A stretch of DNA of 64,000 nt from an uncultured Anaerolineales bacterium (GCA_964513075.1 CAZELR010000002.1:1205-65204), one strand, 5' to 3'; positions 8,703 through 18,628 are shown, counted from the first letter of the stretch. Program-made: numbers and translations. Notes: generated by a model from the sequence alone, not told the origin.

Positions 8703-9716
8703 TCACAACGTCCTTCCCACCGCCGGCGCCAGCATGCGCAGCTCGCGCACCAGCTCGGCGAAGCGTTCCGGCTTCAGCGATTGAGCGCCGTCTGAGAGCG
8801 CCTGCGCCGGATGCGGGTGCACCTCGATGATCAAACCGTCGGCACCGGCCGCAATGCAGGCCTTGGACGTGGGTGGGATCAGTTCCCATTTGCCTGTGGC
8901 GTGACTCGGATCCGCAAAGACCGGCAGGTGCGTCCACTGCTTGAACAGCGCGATGGCGTTGATGTCCAGCGTGTTGCGCGTGGCGGTCTCGAAGGTGCGG
9001 ACGCCGCGTTCGCACAGCATGACGTTGCGGTTGCCTCCGCTGAGGATGTACTCTGCCGACATCAACGTCTCCTGGATGGTGCCCATCATGCTGCGCTTCA
9101 GGAACGCCGGCGTGCGTGTCTTGCCGATAGCTGCCAACAGCGGAAAGTTCTGCGCGTTGCGGGCGCCGATCTGAAAGATATCGGTGTATTTCCCGACCAG
9201 CGGCACGGCCTCAGGAGACATCACCTCGGTGATGATGGGCAACCCGGTGGCTTCGCGCGCTTCGGCCAGGATCTCCAGGCCCTCTTCACCCAGCCCTTGA
9301 AACGCGTAGGGCGATGAACGGGGCTTGAACGCACCGCCGCGCAAGATGTCGGCGCCGGCCTCCTTCACCGCATACGCGGTCTCCAGAAGTTGGCTTTTGC
9401 TTTCCACCGAACAGGGCCCCGCCATGATGACCAATCGAGGGCCGCCGATCGTGACCCCGCGCACGTCGAAGACGGTGTCATCCGGGTGAAAGTCGCGGCT
9501 TGCCAGCTTGAACGGCTGCAGGATGCGTACAACCTGCTCGACGCCGGCGAGCATCTCGAAGTTGTGTGATTGGATGGGCCGGTCGTCGCCGACCACGCCG
9601 ATGATCGTGCGCTCGGTGCCCTGGGACAGATGCGCGTGGTAGCCAAATGCCTCTACCTGTGTTACTACGGCATCGATGTCGCTCGCCGTAGCGCCGTGTC
9701 TCATAACGATAATCAT
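8703..9716 (-). CDS. 3-deoxy-7-phosphoheptulonate (DAHP) synthase, type I-beta with N-terminal ferredoxin/ACT-like regulatory domain
   Basis: Collinear with the Thermotoga-type DAH7PS: [10 protein letters not shown]...GPCSVES...[13 protein letters not shown]...IGARNAQNF...DPSHATG. Confidence 0.9.
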   Translation of the reverse strand: MIIVMRHGATASDIDAVVTQVEAFGYHAHLSQGTERTIIGVVGDDRPIQSHNFEMLAGVEQVVRILQPFKLASRDFHPDDTVFDVRGVTIGGPRLVIMAGPCSVESKSQLLETAYAVKEAGADILRGGAFKPRSSPYAFQGLGEEGLEILAEAREATGLPIITEVMSPEAVPLVGKYTDIFQIGARNAQNFPLLAAIGKTRTPAFLKRSMMGTIQETLMSAEYILSGGNRNVMLCERGVRTFETATRNTLDINAIALFKQWTHLPVFADPSHATGKWELIPPTSKACIAAGADGLIIEVHPHPAQALSDGAQSLKPERFAELVRELRMLAPAVGRTL

Positions 9717-9728
9717 ACGGAACCTCCC

Positions 9729-10973
9729 CTACTCCGCCGCCGGATAGCTTCCCAGCAACTTCAGAAACGCTGTGCGGGTCAACAGGCCCAGCAGTGCCCG
9801 ATTAACGGTGGCATCCTGCCAGTGGCCTTCCATATCGACATAAAATACATAGTGCCACGGCCGGTTGCGCCGCGGCCGGCTTTCGATCTTAGTCAGATTG
9901 ATCCCCCGGTTGGCGAATTCGCCCATGACGTTGTACAACGCGCCAGGCGTGTGCATGGTGGCGAATACGATGGAGGTCTTGTTGTGTTTAGCAGGCGGCG
10001 GCTCCTCACGTCCCAGCAGGAAGAAGCGGGTCGTGTTGTCGGGTGAGTCTTCGATGCCTGCGTCCAGGATCGTCAGCCCATAAGTCTGACCGGCCAGCGC
10101 GCTGGCGATGGCAGCCGTGCCGGGCGCCGGGTTCCGGGCCAGCTCAGCCGCGGCGCCGGCCGTGTCATAGGCCGGCACCGCCTCCCAGCCGCGCAGGCGC
10201 AGATAGCGGCTGCACTGCGCCAGCGCCTGGGGGTGTGAGTGGACGCGGCGGATATCTGTCTGCTGGGTGCCCTCGGGCGCCAGCAGGCAGTGGCGCACCC
10301 GCAGCTTCACCTCGCCCACCACGCGCAGGTCGTGATCCAGCAGCAGATCGTAAGCTTGGTTGATGGAGCCTGCCTGTGAGTTTTCAACTGGGAGCAGCCC
10401 CAGGGCCGCCCGGCCCTCCTCCACTGCAGTGAAGATGTCGCCAAAGCCGGGACAGGCCAGGGTTGCGGTCTGTGCGCCCAGGTGTTGAAAGATCGCTTCT
10501 TGCGAGTAAGCGCCCGGCTCGCCCTGGAAGGCGACCACCTGGCGACCCTGACCGAGTGCTGAGCCGTTCTTGTGCGATTCCGGGGGTTCTGCCGGTGGGG
10601 GTGCAGCGAACTCGCCTTGCAGGTCCGGCCGCAGCACAACGGCGTCACGCAGGTAGATGTGACGGACATCGTAGATTGGGCGCTCGGTATTCCAGTGCAG
10701 CAGGATCCGGATGGTGCGGGGCAGTCCGCCGGGCGTCGCGATCTCCACGGCGTCGAGCAACGGCACGTGGTGCCAGCCCAGCTCGCGTGCAGCCCGTGCC
10801 GGGAACGCGGCGTCCAGATCCGGCGTCATTGTGAAGGTGGCGCTGGCCAGGTCTTCCACCTGGATACTGTTTGCCGCGACCAGCGCGGTCAGTAGTTCCC
10901 GGGTGACGTCCAGGATGGCTTGGGACGTGTTTTCGGTTGCAGTTGTGGCGCCGCGGACACCTCTAACGGGCAT
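9729..10973 (-). CDS. pheA: Chorismate mutase (AroH class) fused to prephenate dehydratase and ACT domain
   Basis: N-terminus [11 protein letters not shown]...MTPDL...[14 protein letters not shown] resembles B. subtilis AroH; followed by a PDT domain ([14 protein letters not shown]) and a C-terminal ACT; true start is ATG 10973 with GAAGGAGG upstream; the track start at 11021 lies inside a terminator hairpin. Confidence 0.85.
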   Translation of the reverse strand: MPVRGVRGATTATENTSQAILDVTRELLTALVAANSIQVEDLASATFTMTPDLDAAFPARAARELGWHHVPLLDAVEIATPGGLPRTIRILLHWNTERPIYDVRHIYLRDAVVLRPDLQGEFAAPPPAEPPESHKNGSALGQGRQVVAFQGEPGAYSQEAIFQHLGAQTATLACPGFGDIFTAVEEGRAALGLLPVENSQAGSINQAYDLLLDHDLRVVGEVKLRVRHCLLAPEGTQQTDIRRVHSHPQALAQCSRYLRLRGWEAVPAYDTAGAAAELARNPAPGTAAIASALAGQTYGLTILDAGIEDSPDNTTRFFLLGREEPPPAKHNKTSIVFATMHTPGALYNVMGEFANRGINLTKIESRPRRNRPWHYVFYVDMEGHWQDATVNRALLGLLTRTAFLKLLGSYPAAE

Positions 10974-10990
10974 GAGTCCTCCTTCAGGAA

Positions 10991-11025
10991 ATAAAAAGAG
11001 CGTGGGGGCTGGTGCCTCCACGCTC
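10991..11025 (-). terminator. Intrinsic terminator (attenuator) immediately upstream of the pheA RBS
   Basis: Minus strand reads gagcgtgg-aggcaccagccc-ccacgctc followed by TTTTTAT, directly before the pheA RBS. Confidence 0.5.
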
Positions 11026-11053
11026 GGCTTGACTGATCAGGCTGGACTGCGCT

Positions 11054-11170
11054 TCATTGCTTCAGCGGCGCCAAGGTTCCAGCCGGCGCGGGGGCTAGCC
11101 GGGGCGGGCTGGAATAATAAAAGAAGAAGCTGGCGCTAACTGAAACAATGCGCATAGGTGCATTTCTCAT
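11054..11170 (-). CDS. Putative Phe/Tyr-rich leader peptide (MRNAPMRIVSVSASFFFYYSSPPRLAPAPAGTLAPLKQ)
   Basis: 38-codon ORF between the predicted promoter and the terminator in the pheA leader; contains a consecutive FFFYY run. Confidence 0.4.
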   Translation of the reverse strand: MRNAPMRIVSVSASFFFYYSSPPRLAPAPAGTLAPLKQ

Positions 11171-11200
11171 TGCGTTACTGGATTTTTCAAGAACGACGGG

Positions 11201-11229
11201 ATCATAGCACGGCAACTAAAAACTGTCAA
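11201..11229 (-). promoter_or_regulatory. Sigma70-like promoter of the pheA leader (TTGACA-17-TATGAT)
   Basis: Minus strand reads TTGACA gtttttagttgccgtgc TATGAT, about 25 nt upstream of the leader-peptide ATG. Confidence 0.5.
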
Positions 11230-11265
11230 ACGCCAAGATGTTGGCGGGGTGTGGCTACCCATCTG

Positions 11266-12144
11266 TCAGTTAGCAGCCTCGATCTCGTGCAGGATGGTCT
11301 CCAGGTCGTCCCGGTTGAACTCGTAGCGCGCATAACAGAAGTGGCAGTCCACGGTGGCCTCGCCCTCGATCAGCAGCGCCAGGATGTCATCGTAGTCCAG
11401 CATCTTCAGCGCCTGGCGCGAGCGTTCCCGACTGCACGAACAGCGGAACGCCAGCGGCTCGGATTCCAATACCTCATACTCGATCCCAGTGAAGGACCTC
11501 GCCAGGATATCTTCCGGAGTCAGACCGCCGGTCAGCAGCGTCTCCAGGGATGGCAGCCCTTCTATGTTGGCTGCCAGGCGTGCGAACTCTGCGGGGCTGT
11601 GGCCGGGCATGGCCTGGATAAGCAAGCCGCCGGCCGCGGCTATGCTCCCGCCGTCCATTTGAACGCCGATCTGAGCGAGCGAGGGTACCTGCTCGGAGGT
11701 GTTGAAGTAGTGCGTCAGCTCTTTATCCAGCTCGCCGTTCTCCAGCTCCACCACGCTGCTGTAGAGGCTCTTGATGCGCAGGTCCTTCACCACGGTCAAC
11801 TGGCCCGTGCTGCCGATTGCTGCGGCCACCGCCGCGCGGTCTATGGTTTGTGGCGCCGCGATATCGGGGACAGCCACATAACCCCGCACGCGGCCGTACG
11901 CGTCGGCCTCGATCACCACCTTGCCCAGCGGGCCGTTTCCCTCGACCTTCAGGGCGACGCGCTCCTGAACCTTCAGAAGCCCGCCCAACAGCGCGCCGGC
12001 GGTCAGGCCATAGCCCAGCGCGGCTGCCGCGACCGGGTAAGCCGCGTGGCGCTGGGCCGCTTCCTGGGCCAGGCCGGTGGTGATGCAGGCGAGCCCGCGC
12101 ACGCCCGCCTGTTTGGCAATGGCTCGTACCATCGTATCGCTCAT
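11266..12144 (-). CDS. hslO: Hsp33 redox-regulated chaperone
   Basis: Hsp33 fold with C-terminal zinc centre CSCSRE...CHFC. Confidence 0.9.
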   Translation of the reverse strand: MSDTMVRAIAKQAGVRGLACITTGLAQEAAQRHAAYPVAAAALGYGLTAGALLGGLLKVQERVALKVEGNGPLGKVVIEADAYGRVRGYVAVPDIAAPQTIDRAAVAAAIGSTGQLTVVKDLRIKSLYSSVVELENGELDKELTHYFNTSEQVPSLAQIGVQMDGGSIAAAGGLLIQAMPGHSPAEFARLAANIEGLPSLETLLTGGLTPEDILARSFTGIEYEVLESEPLAFRCSCSRERSRQALKMLDYDDILALLIEGEATVDCHFCYARYEFNRDDLETILHEIEAAN

Positions 12145-12171
12145 GTTACTCCCAACACCCCCTATTTCGGT

Positions 12172-13587
12172 TTAGGCGTCGTAATACAACGTAAACTCGT
12201 ACGGATGCGGCCGCATGCGGACCGGATCCACCTCGGTCTCGCGCTTGTACGCGATGTAGACATCCAACATCTCGGTAGTGAAGACGTCGCCCTTCAGCAG
12301 AAACTCGTGATCTGCTTCCAGCGCCTTGAGCACTGCATCCAGCGAGCCCGGCACCTGCTTGACACGCCTGGCTTCTTCCGGCGGCAGGCCGTAGAGATCC
12401 TTGTCCATCGGCTCTCCGGGGTCGATGCGGTTCTGGATGCCATCCAGCCCAGCCATCAACAGCGCGGCAAAGCAAAGGTATGGATTGCACGAGGGGTCGG
12501 GCGCCCGAAACTCGACGCGCTTGGCAGCGGCGCTTTTGGAGCCAACCGGAATGCGGCAGACTGCGGAGCGGTTGCGCTGCGAGTAGGCCAGGTTGACCGG
12601 CGCCTCGAAACCGGGGACCAGGCGGCGATACGAATTGGTGCCGGGGGCAGCCAGGGCCAGCAGCGCCGGCGCGTGCTTCAGCAGCCCGCCGATGTAGTAC
12701 TTGGCCGTATCCGAAAGCTGCGCGTAACCGGCCTCGTCGTAGAATGCGTTCTTGCCGTTTTTCCAGATGCTCTGGTGGCAGTGCATGCCGCTGCCGTTGT
12801 CGCCGAACAACGGTTTCGGCATGAAGGTGGCGGTCAGGCCGTTCTGCCTGGCCACGTTCTTCACCATGTATTTGTAGATCTGAACGTTGTCGGCCATGTT
12901 CATCAACGTGTTGAAGCGCATGCCGATCTCGCACTGGCCGGCTGAAGCAACTTCGTGGTGATGGATTTCGACCGGGATGCCGGCGCCCTCGATAGCCAGC
13001 ACCATCTTACTGCGCACATCCTGCAGCGTGTCCGTGGGCGGGGTGGGGAAGTAACCTCGCTTGGCCGCGATCTGGCCGCCGAAGTTCGGCCCCAGCTCCT
13101 TGCCGCTGTTCCACCACCCCTCGCGGCTGTCCAGGTGATAGAACGCTTCGTTGGTGTTGCTGCCGTAACGTACGTCACTAAAGATGAAAAATTCAGGTTC
13201 GGGACCGATGTAGATCGTGTCGCCGATGCCGGTCTGCTTCAGATAGGTCTCAGCCCGGTGGGCGATGAAGCGCGGGTCGCGCTCGTACGGCTCGCGGGTG
13301 ATCGGATCGTAGACGTTCCCGATCATTACCAGGGTAGGCACTTCGAAGATCGGGTCAATGAACGCGGTGGTGGGGTCCAGCATCAGCAGCATGTCCGACT
13401 CGTGGATTTCTTTGAATCCGCGGATCGATGAGCCATCGAACGGCACGCCATTCTCGAACGTCTCTTCCGTCAGGATATGCGCGGGGATGGTGAAATGCTG
13501 CCAGACGCCGGGCAGGTCGGTGAAGCGGAGGTCCACCATCTGGACCTTTGCCGCCATGGTCAGTACGTCAGCGATGGTCTTAGGCAT
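12172..13587 (-). CDS. glnA: Glutamine synthetase type I
   Basis: GS-I motifs ([30 protein letters not shown], adenylylation-region NPY); start MPKTIADVL at 13587 with GGAAGGAG RBS; the track ORF is over-extended to 14007. Confidence 0.9.
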   Translation of the reverse strand: MPKTIADVLTMAAKVQMVDLRFTDLPGVWQHFTIPAHILTEETFENGVPFDGSSIRGFKEIHESDMLLMLDPTTAFIDPIFEVPTLVMIGNVYDPITREPYERDPRFIAHRAETYLKQTGIGDTIYIGPEPEFFIFSDVRYGSNTNEAFYHLDSREGWWNSGKELGPNFGGQIAAKRGYFPTPPTDTLQDVRSKMVLAIEGAGIPVEIHHHEVASAGQCEIGMRFNTLMNMADNVQIYKYMVKNVARQNGLTATFMPKPLFGDNGSGMHCHQSIWKNGKNAFYDEAGYAQLSDTAKYYIGGLLKHAPALLALAAPGTNSYRRLVPGFEAPVNLAYSQRNRSAVCRIPVGSKSAAAKRVEFRAPDPSCNPYLCFAALLMAGLDGIQNRIDPGEPMDKDLYGLPPEEARRVKQVPGSLDAVLKALEADHEFLLKGDVFTTEMLDVYIAYKRETEVDPVRMRPHPYEFTLYYDA

Positions 13588-13615
13588 GGCAATGAATGCT
13601 CCTTCCAAGAAAAAT

Positions 13616-13646
13616 AAAGGTGGCATCTCGCCGAGATGCCACCTTT
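13616..13646 (-). terminator. Intrinsic-terminator-like hairpin in the glnA 5' leader
   Basis: 14-bp perfect stem aaaggtggcatctc / gagatgccaccttt with a 3-nt loop, followed on the minus strand by ATTTTTCTT, 28 nt before the glnA ATG. Confidence 0.55.
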
Positions 13647-13717
13647 GCACCGCACACAGGATAGTATAACGGAAGATTGGGAAGGTGTCCAGTCCCCAAA
13701 TGGGTAGTATTTGGAGC

Positions 13718-14266
13718 TTAATCGCACTGGTTCGTGCCGGCGGCAGCCTGCACCTTGAGCACGGTGGCCCAGTTGCGCGTGGTGGCTGCATCGGCGGTGA
13801 CGCGCGAAAACGCTTGGGCGAGCCTGGACTCGATGACCCCATTGGCGCACCAGAGGTAGGCTGCCTTTGCGCCCACGGCCAGCGCATCCGGCGCCCAGGC
13901 CTCCGCCAGCAACGGCCTGGTCTTTTCCAGCGTGGCTGCGCTGGCCACAAACGCGACAAGGAACTTCGACGGATCGGCAGTCGCTTGGGGCAGCGGATTC
14001 TCTGCAATGATGGCGTTCAACTCCCGCACCGTGACGACAACGACCGGCACGGAGAATCCGAACTTGCTTTGGATGGCCGCCTCGATTGCTGACGCAACCT
14101 CGGCTACGTCCGGCTGTGATGCCTGGAACACGGCGTTTCCGCTGTTGAGCAAGGTGCGGACTTCCCCAAAGCCGACCTCTTCAATGAGCGCGCGCAACTC
14201 GGCCATCGCGACGCGCTTTGCGCGGCCTACGTTGACGCCACGGAGGAGTGCAACACACTGGGTCAT
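13718..14266 (-). CDS. DUF1697 family protein
   Basis: LLRGVNVG N-terminal signature typical of DUF1697. Confidence 0.65.
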   Translation of the reverse strand: MTQCVALLRGVNVGRAKRVAMAELRALIEEVGFGEVRTLLNSGNAVFQASQPDVAEVASAIEAAIQSKFGFSVPVVVVTVRELNAIIAENPLPQATADPSKFLVAFVASAATLEKTRPLLAEAWAPDALAVGAKAAYLWCANGVIESRLAQAFSRVTADAATTRNWATVLKVQAAAGTNQCD

Positions 14267-15018
14267 GTGTCCTGATTGAAATTGAATTTGCCGTAGACGG
14301 ACACGCAGTTGCTGCTGGTAGCTGTGAACGGTTCTCGGTCCCAGCCGGCCCAGCGCTCCTTCAGGCGCAGCCCTGCAATGCGCGCCATCAGATCGAGCTC
14401 GGCTGGCCAGGCGTAGCGCGTGACGATTGGGTTGAGACGGATGCCCGTGCTCGACAGGAACACGTGAGTTTCTTCGAGCCGTTGGCTCACCGGATCGTAG
14501 CGAGCCACGTCAAGTCGTACGCTGTCGACTTCGATGGCTTCTGCATCGACGTATTGGTTATTGCGTAAGAGGTGCCACTCGGTCGGCACCCCGCCCTCCA
14601 CGACGAACAAGCCGTCGTCAGTGAGATGTGCGGCGACGTTCTCGAAGCAACGAACCTGCTCGTCTTGGGTCAGCAGGTTGAACAGGGTGTTGAAGACCAC
14701 GTAAATCAAGCGATAGGCGCCGGGGACCGCAACATCGGCGAAGTTGCCCAGGGTGACCGCGATCCCGGCGCCCCCCGGCTTCGCGCGCAACCTGGCGACC
14801 ATCGCAGATGAAAAGTCAATGCCGTCGACGCGGATGCCCCGAGCGGCCAGGGGCAATGCGATCCGGCCGGTGCCGATCGCAAGTTCCAGCGCGGGACCGC
14901 CCCGTGCCAACTGCTCCAGGAATGCGACGGTTGCCATCTCATCCCCGCGTTGGGCGAGGCGGTCGTAGGCCTCGGCGACGTCGTCGTCGAAGCTCATGGC
15001 TGGCTCGTATTTTTCCAT
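14263..15018 (-). CDS. Class I SAM-dependent methyltransferase
   Basis: Motif I LELAIGTGRIALPLA with a downstream acidic residue; start MEKYEP at 15018; the stop overlaps the DUF1697 start. Confidence 0.75.
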   Translation of the reverse strand: MEKYEPAMSFDDDVAEAYDRLAQRGDEMATVAFLEQLARGGPALELAIGTGRIALPLAARGIRVDGIDFSSAMVARLRAKPGGAGIAVTLGNFADVAVPGAYRLIYVVFNTLFNLLTQDEQVRCFENVAAHLTDDGLFVVEGGVPTEWHLLRNNQYVDAEAIEVDSVRLDVARYDPVSQRLEETHVFLSSTGIRLNPIVTRYAWPAELDLMARIAGLRLKERWAGWDREPFTATSSNCVSVYGKFNFNQDT

Positions 15019-15147
15019 ATGACAGTCTCCTACTGGTCGGGTCATTATCGCACTGCGCGCCGGGTAGGTCAAGCCAGATGCGTAACCGGCGTTGATGAGG
15101 TATAATGCTGCGCGTTTAGATCCACTGCACGCCAGCGAAGGGATCGA

Positions 15148-15897
15148 ATGCATCCCCACTACACCTATCCCTGGCGAACCATGCTTGTCCTGTGCCGGCA
15201 GGTCCTGACCGGCGGACGGCGCTCGTTTCGAGCGGACGCCCGCGCGTGTCTTGACCGGTTGGCGCCGCCGTTGCAGGTCTATGGGGCAGAGCATATCCCT
15301 GTCTGCGGCCCTGCGTTGATCACCGTCAACCACTATTGCCGGCCAGGTTTCAACGCCTGGTGGATCGCTCTTGCCATTGCCTCGGTCGCACCCGAAGAGA
15401 TGCACTGGACCATGACCGGCGAACTGACCTTCCCCGGTAAGTGGTATGCCGGGCTGGGCGGCGCCGGCTCATGCTGGCTGTTGGGGCGGCTGGCACGCGT
15501 CTATGGCTTCACGGCCATGCCGCCCATGCCACCGCGGCCGGGCGATGCGGCAGCGCGCGGGCTGGCCGTGCGCCGCGTGCTGAGCTACGCCCGCGAGCAT
15601 CCCGCCGCGCTCATCGGGCTGGCGCCGGAAGGCATGGACATGCCCGGCGGCGTGCTGGGCTGGCCGCCGGAGGGGGCCGGCCGCTTCATCGCGCTGCTGG
15701 CTGGCATGGGGTTTTGCGTGACGCCTGTGGGGGCCTACGAGCAGGATGGCGCGTTCCGCCTTCATTTCGGCCCTCCCTACACGCTGCGCCTGCCCACAGG
15801 ACTCTCTGCTGAAGAAAAGGACCGCTCTGCGGCGCAGGTCGTCATGGCGGCCATCGCCCGCCTGCTCCCACTGCCAATGAGAGGAGAATTCGCATGA
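15148..15897 (+). CDS. Hypothetical protein, possible acyltransferase-like
   Basis: 249-aa ORF whose stop overlaps the next ATG (ATGA); only weak resemblance to lysophospholipid acyltransferases, with no clear HxxxxD motif. Confidence 0.45.
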   Translation: MHPHYTYPWRTMLVLCRQVLTGGRRSFRADARACLDRLAPPLQVYGAEHIPVCGPALITVNHYCRPGFNAWWIALAIASVAPEEMHWTMTGELTFPGKWYAGLGGAGSCWLLGRLARVYGFTAMPPMPPRPGDAAARGLAVRRVLSYAREHPAALIGLAPEGMDMPGGVLGWPPEGAGRFIALLAGMGFCVTPVGAYEQDGAFRLHFGPPYTLRLPTGLSAEEKDRSAAQVVMAAIARLLPLPMRGEFA

Positions 15898-17132
15898 AAC
15901 AGGATCTTTCGTTGGGCCGGCTGTTGGCCCCGAACGCCTACTGGGTGGGGCTGTCCTTCATGTGGAACGTGCTGCACCCCATCGTGCTGCCCGCGGTGAT
16001 GCTCAACTTTGTGCCGGACGCGCAGAAGAACACCTACCTCGGCCTGCTGACCTTCGCCGGGTTGGTGATCGCGATGGTTGTCCAGCCGATCTCCGGCGCG
16101 CTGAGCGACGGCTGGGTCTCGCGCTTCGGCCGCCGCCGGCCGCTGATCGTGTTCGGCACGTTGTTCGACTTTGTCTTCCTTGCGCTGCTGGCCTGGGCAG
16201 GAGGCCTGGTGTGGCTGTTCGTCGGCTACATCGGCCTGCAGTTCAGCTCCAACATCGCCCACGGTCCCGCGCAAGGGTTGCTGCCCGACGTGGTGCCTGC
16301 GCAACAGATCGGCACGGCGAGCGGACTGAAGATCTTCCTGGATATGTTCATGACCGCGGTGGCCACGCTTGCGGCGGGCTTCCTGCTTGACCCGGACACC
16401 CGCGACCCATCCCTGGTGATGGGGTTGGTGATGGGCTTGCTGTTTGTGTCGACCCTGGTCACGGTGTTGGGCACGCGCGAAGCGCCGGCCGGCGACCCGG
16501 CGGCTCGACGCCTGGCCTGGGCGAACCTGCGCAACCAGTTCCACATCGATTTTCGCCGTCACTCGGCCTACTGGTGGCTGATCGCCCAGCGCTTCGTGTG
16601 CCTGCTCGGCATCTATGGCATCCAGCAGTTTGCCCAGTATTACATCCAGGACGTGCTGCGGCCGGCGAACCCCGTCCGCGACACCGGCGTGCTCATGGCA
16701 GCGATCATTTTTGCGCTGCTGATCCTGGCGGTGATCGGCGGCAGACTGACCGACCGCTTTGGTGCGCGGCGCGTTACCACCGCGGCGGTGTTGGTTATTG
16801 CAGTGGGTTGTCCGCTGCTTCTGTTGGGGCGTAACTTGCTGAGCCTGGGGCTGTACGGCGGCGTGCTGGGCGCGGGGATGGGGTTGTTCCTGACGGCCAA
16901 CTGGGCGCAGGCCAACAGGCTGGCTCCGGTTGCCGAGGCGGGCAAGTACCTGGGCCTGACCAACATAGCCACGGCCGGCGCGGGCGCGCTCGCGCGGCTG
17001 GAAGGGCCCGTCATCGACGCGCTGAACAATGCCCGGCCCGGCGCGTGGCTCGGCTATACCGCCCTGTTCTTCTTCGGTGCCGTCTGTGCCCTGGCCAGCC
17101 TGCCGCTGCTGAAGAAGGCGGAACAGGGTTGA
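15894..17132 (+). CDS. MFS transporter
   Basis: 412 aa with 12 predicted TM segments; MFS motif GxLSDxxGRRRP-like (GALSDGWVSRFGRRRP). Confidence 0.8.
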   Translation: MKQDLSLGRLLAPNAYWVGLSFMWNVLHPIVLPAVMLNFVPDAQKNTYLGLLTFAGLVIAMVVQPISGALSDGWVSRFGRRRPLIVFGTLFDFVFLALLAWAGGLVWLFVGYIGLQFSSNIAHGPAQGLLPDVVPAQQIGTASGLKIFLDMFMTAVATLAAGFLLDPDTRDPSLVMGLVMGLLFVSTLVTVLGTREAPAGDPAARRLAWANLRNQFHIDFRRHSAYWWLIAQRFVCLLGIYGIQQFAQYYIQDVLRPANPVRDTGVLMAAIIFALLILAVIGGRLTDRFGARRVTTAAVLVIAVGCPLLLLGRNLLSLGLYGGVLGAGMGLFLTANWAQANRLAPVAEAGKYLGLTNIATAGAGALARLEGPVIDALNNARPGAWLGYTALFFFGAVCALASLPLLKKAEQG

Positions 17133-17144
17133 GGTTAATTTGAT

Positions 17145-17189
17145 GGAATCGAGGCTTCAGCCGGTCTGACCGCCTAAAGGCTCGATTCC
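17145..17189. repeat. Hairpin element ggaatcgaggctt...aaggctcgattcc, family D
   Basis: A related copy (ggcttcagccgg ... ccggctaaagcctcgattcc) sits at 1571-1630 inside aroB. Confidence 0.6.
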
Positions 17190-17210
17190 TTCATAAGGAG
17201 GCATGAAACG

Positions 17211-18530
17211 ATGTGCGACACCATGGTTGTGCTGGGCAGCGCCTCAGCCGACGGCGTAACTCTGTTTGCTAAGAACTCCGACCGGGATCCCCGGGAGGCC
17301 CACGAGATCGTGCGCATCCCAAGCGCGCGCCATCCGGCGGGGGCTACGATCCGGTGCACCTACATCGAGGTGCCCCAGGTGGAGCAGACCTTCGAAGTAC
17401 TCCTGTGCAAGCCGTTTTGGATCTGGGGCGCGGAGATGGGCGCCAACGAGCATGGCGTCACCATCGGCAATGAGGCTGTGTTTACCAAAGTACCCTACGA
17501 CAAACATCCCGGGCTGATCGGCATGGATTTTCTGCGCCTGGCGCTGGAGCGCGGCCGTACGGCGCGCGAGGCGCTGGATGTGATCATCGGGCTGTTGGCG
17601 GCGCACGGGCAGGGAGGCAACTGCGGCTATCCCGGTAAGTTGTTCTACCACAACAGCTTCCTGATTGCCGACCCACGGGAAGCGTGGGTGTTGGAGACCG
17701 CCGGCCGCGAGTGGGCCGCGGAGCGCGTGCAGGATGTGCGGAGCATTTCCAACAGCATCACCATCGGGGACCGCTGGGACCTGGCGTCGCCGGACCTGGT
17801 CAACTACGCCGTCGATCGCAGGTGGTGTCGCGGCCGCGAGGACTTCCATTTCGGCCGCTGCTACTCAGACTTTCTCTACACTCGCTTCTCGGATGCGCGG
17901 CACAGGCAGTGCCGGACGACCGAGCTGCTCGCGGCCAGGAAGGGCCATCTTTCCGTCGAAGATCTGATGCGCGCCCTGCGCGACCACGGGCCGGAAGCAG
18001 GTCCCGGCTGGACGCCGGCCCGCGGGCTTGCGGGCGCCACGGTCTGCGACCATGCAGGCTTCGGCCCCATCCGCGTCTCGCAGACGACCGGCTCCCTGGT
18101 CTCGCACCTGGCCGCCGACGTGCAGACACACTTCGTCACCGGCACGGCTGCGCCCTGCACATCGCTCTTCAAGCCGGTCTGGCTCGGGATGGAGCTGCCC
18201 CAGGCCGGGCCCGCGCCGACCGGAGCCTACGACGAGGCCAGCCTGTTCTGGCGCCACGAGGCGCTGCACCAGGCAACACTGCAAAACTACGCGGCGAGCA
18301 TGCCGCTATATGTGGAAGAACGCGAAGTTTTGGAGCGTCAGTTCATCGCGGGAGCGAGAGATTGCCAGGATCAGAGCCCTGAGCGGCGGACAATCTATTC
18401 AGCGCGTTGCTTCGCGGCCGCGGACGAAGCAGAGGCAGGGTGGCGTAAGCGACTGGCCGGCGCCCGACCGCCTGACCGGCGTCCCTTTCTCTATGCTTCA
18501 GCCTGGCGCGCGTTCGAACGCGGGAAGTAG
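17211..18530 (+). CDS. C69-family dipeptidase (N-terminal nucleophile Cys)
   Basis: Starts MCDTMVV (Cys2 nucleophile), AAGGAGG RBS; length and composition typical of peptidase C69. Confidence 0.7.
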   Translation: MCDTMVVLGSASADGVTLFAKNSDRDPREAHEIVRIPSARHPAGATIRCTYIEVPQVEQTFEVLLCKPFWIWGAEMGANEHGVTIGNEAVFTKVPYDKHPGLIGMDFLRLALERGRTAREALDVIIGLLAAHGQGGNCGYPGKLFYHNSFLIADPREAWVLETAGREWAAERVQDVRSISNSITIGDRWDLASPDLVNYAVDRRWCRGREDFHFGRCYSDFLYTRFSDARHRQCRTTELLAARKGHLSVEDLMRALRDHGPEAGPGWTPARGLAGATVCDHAGFGPIRVSQTTGSLVSHLAADVQTHFVTGTAAPCTSLFKPVWLGMELPQAGPAPTGAYDEASLFWRHEALHQATLQNYAASMPLYVEEREVLERQFIAGARDCQDQSPERRTIYSARCFAAADEAEAGWRKRLAGARPPDRRPFLYASAWRAFERGK

Positions 18531-18628
18531 GGGCGAGGCACTCTCCGGCAGGTCTGCGCCGCCGGAGAGTCTTGCATTAGGCGCTGAGGAGCGGGTCGCG
18601 ATGGATTTTGGACGGAGTGCCTCGCCCC

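Noticed and set aside
8089-8830. Plus-strand ORFs (231, 157 and 96 aa) across the tyrA / DAHP synthase boundary
   Set aside because: Pro/Arg-rich translations antisense to well-supported genes
10991-11265. T-box riboswitch in the pheA leader
   Set aside because: No AGAGA/GNUGA specifier-domain hallmarks and no T-box sequence (AATTAGGGTGGNACC) seen; a short aromatic-codon leader ORF plus terminator fits better
12146-12934. 262-aa minus-strand ORF inside glnA in another frame
   Set aside because: Overlaps glutamine synthetase in a different frame; Arg-rich, no motifs
11158-12945. 595-aa plus-strand ORF spanning hslO and glnA
   Set aside because: Opposite strand of two genes with unambiguous homology (Hsp33, GS-I); GC-driven open frame
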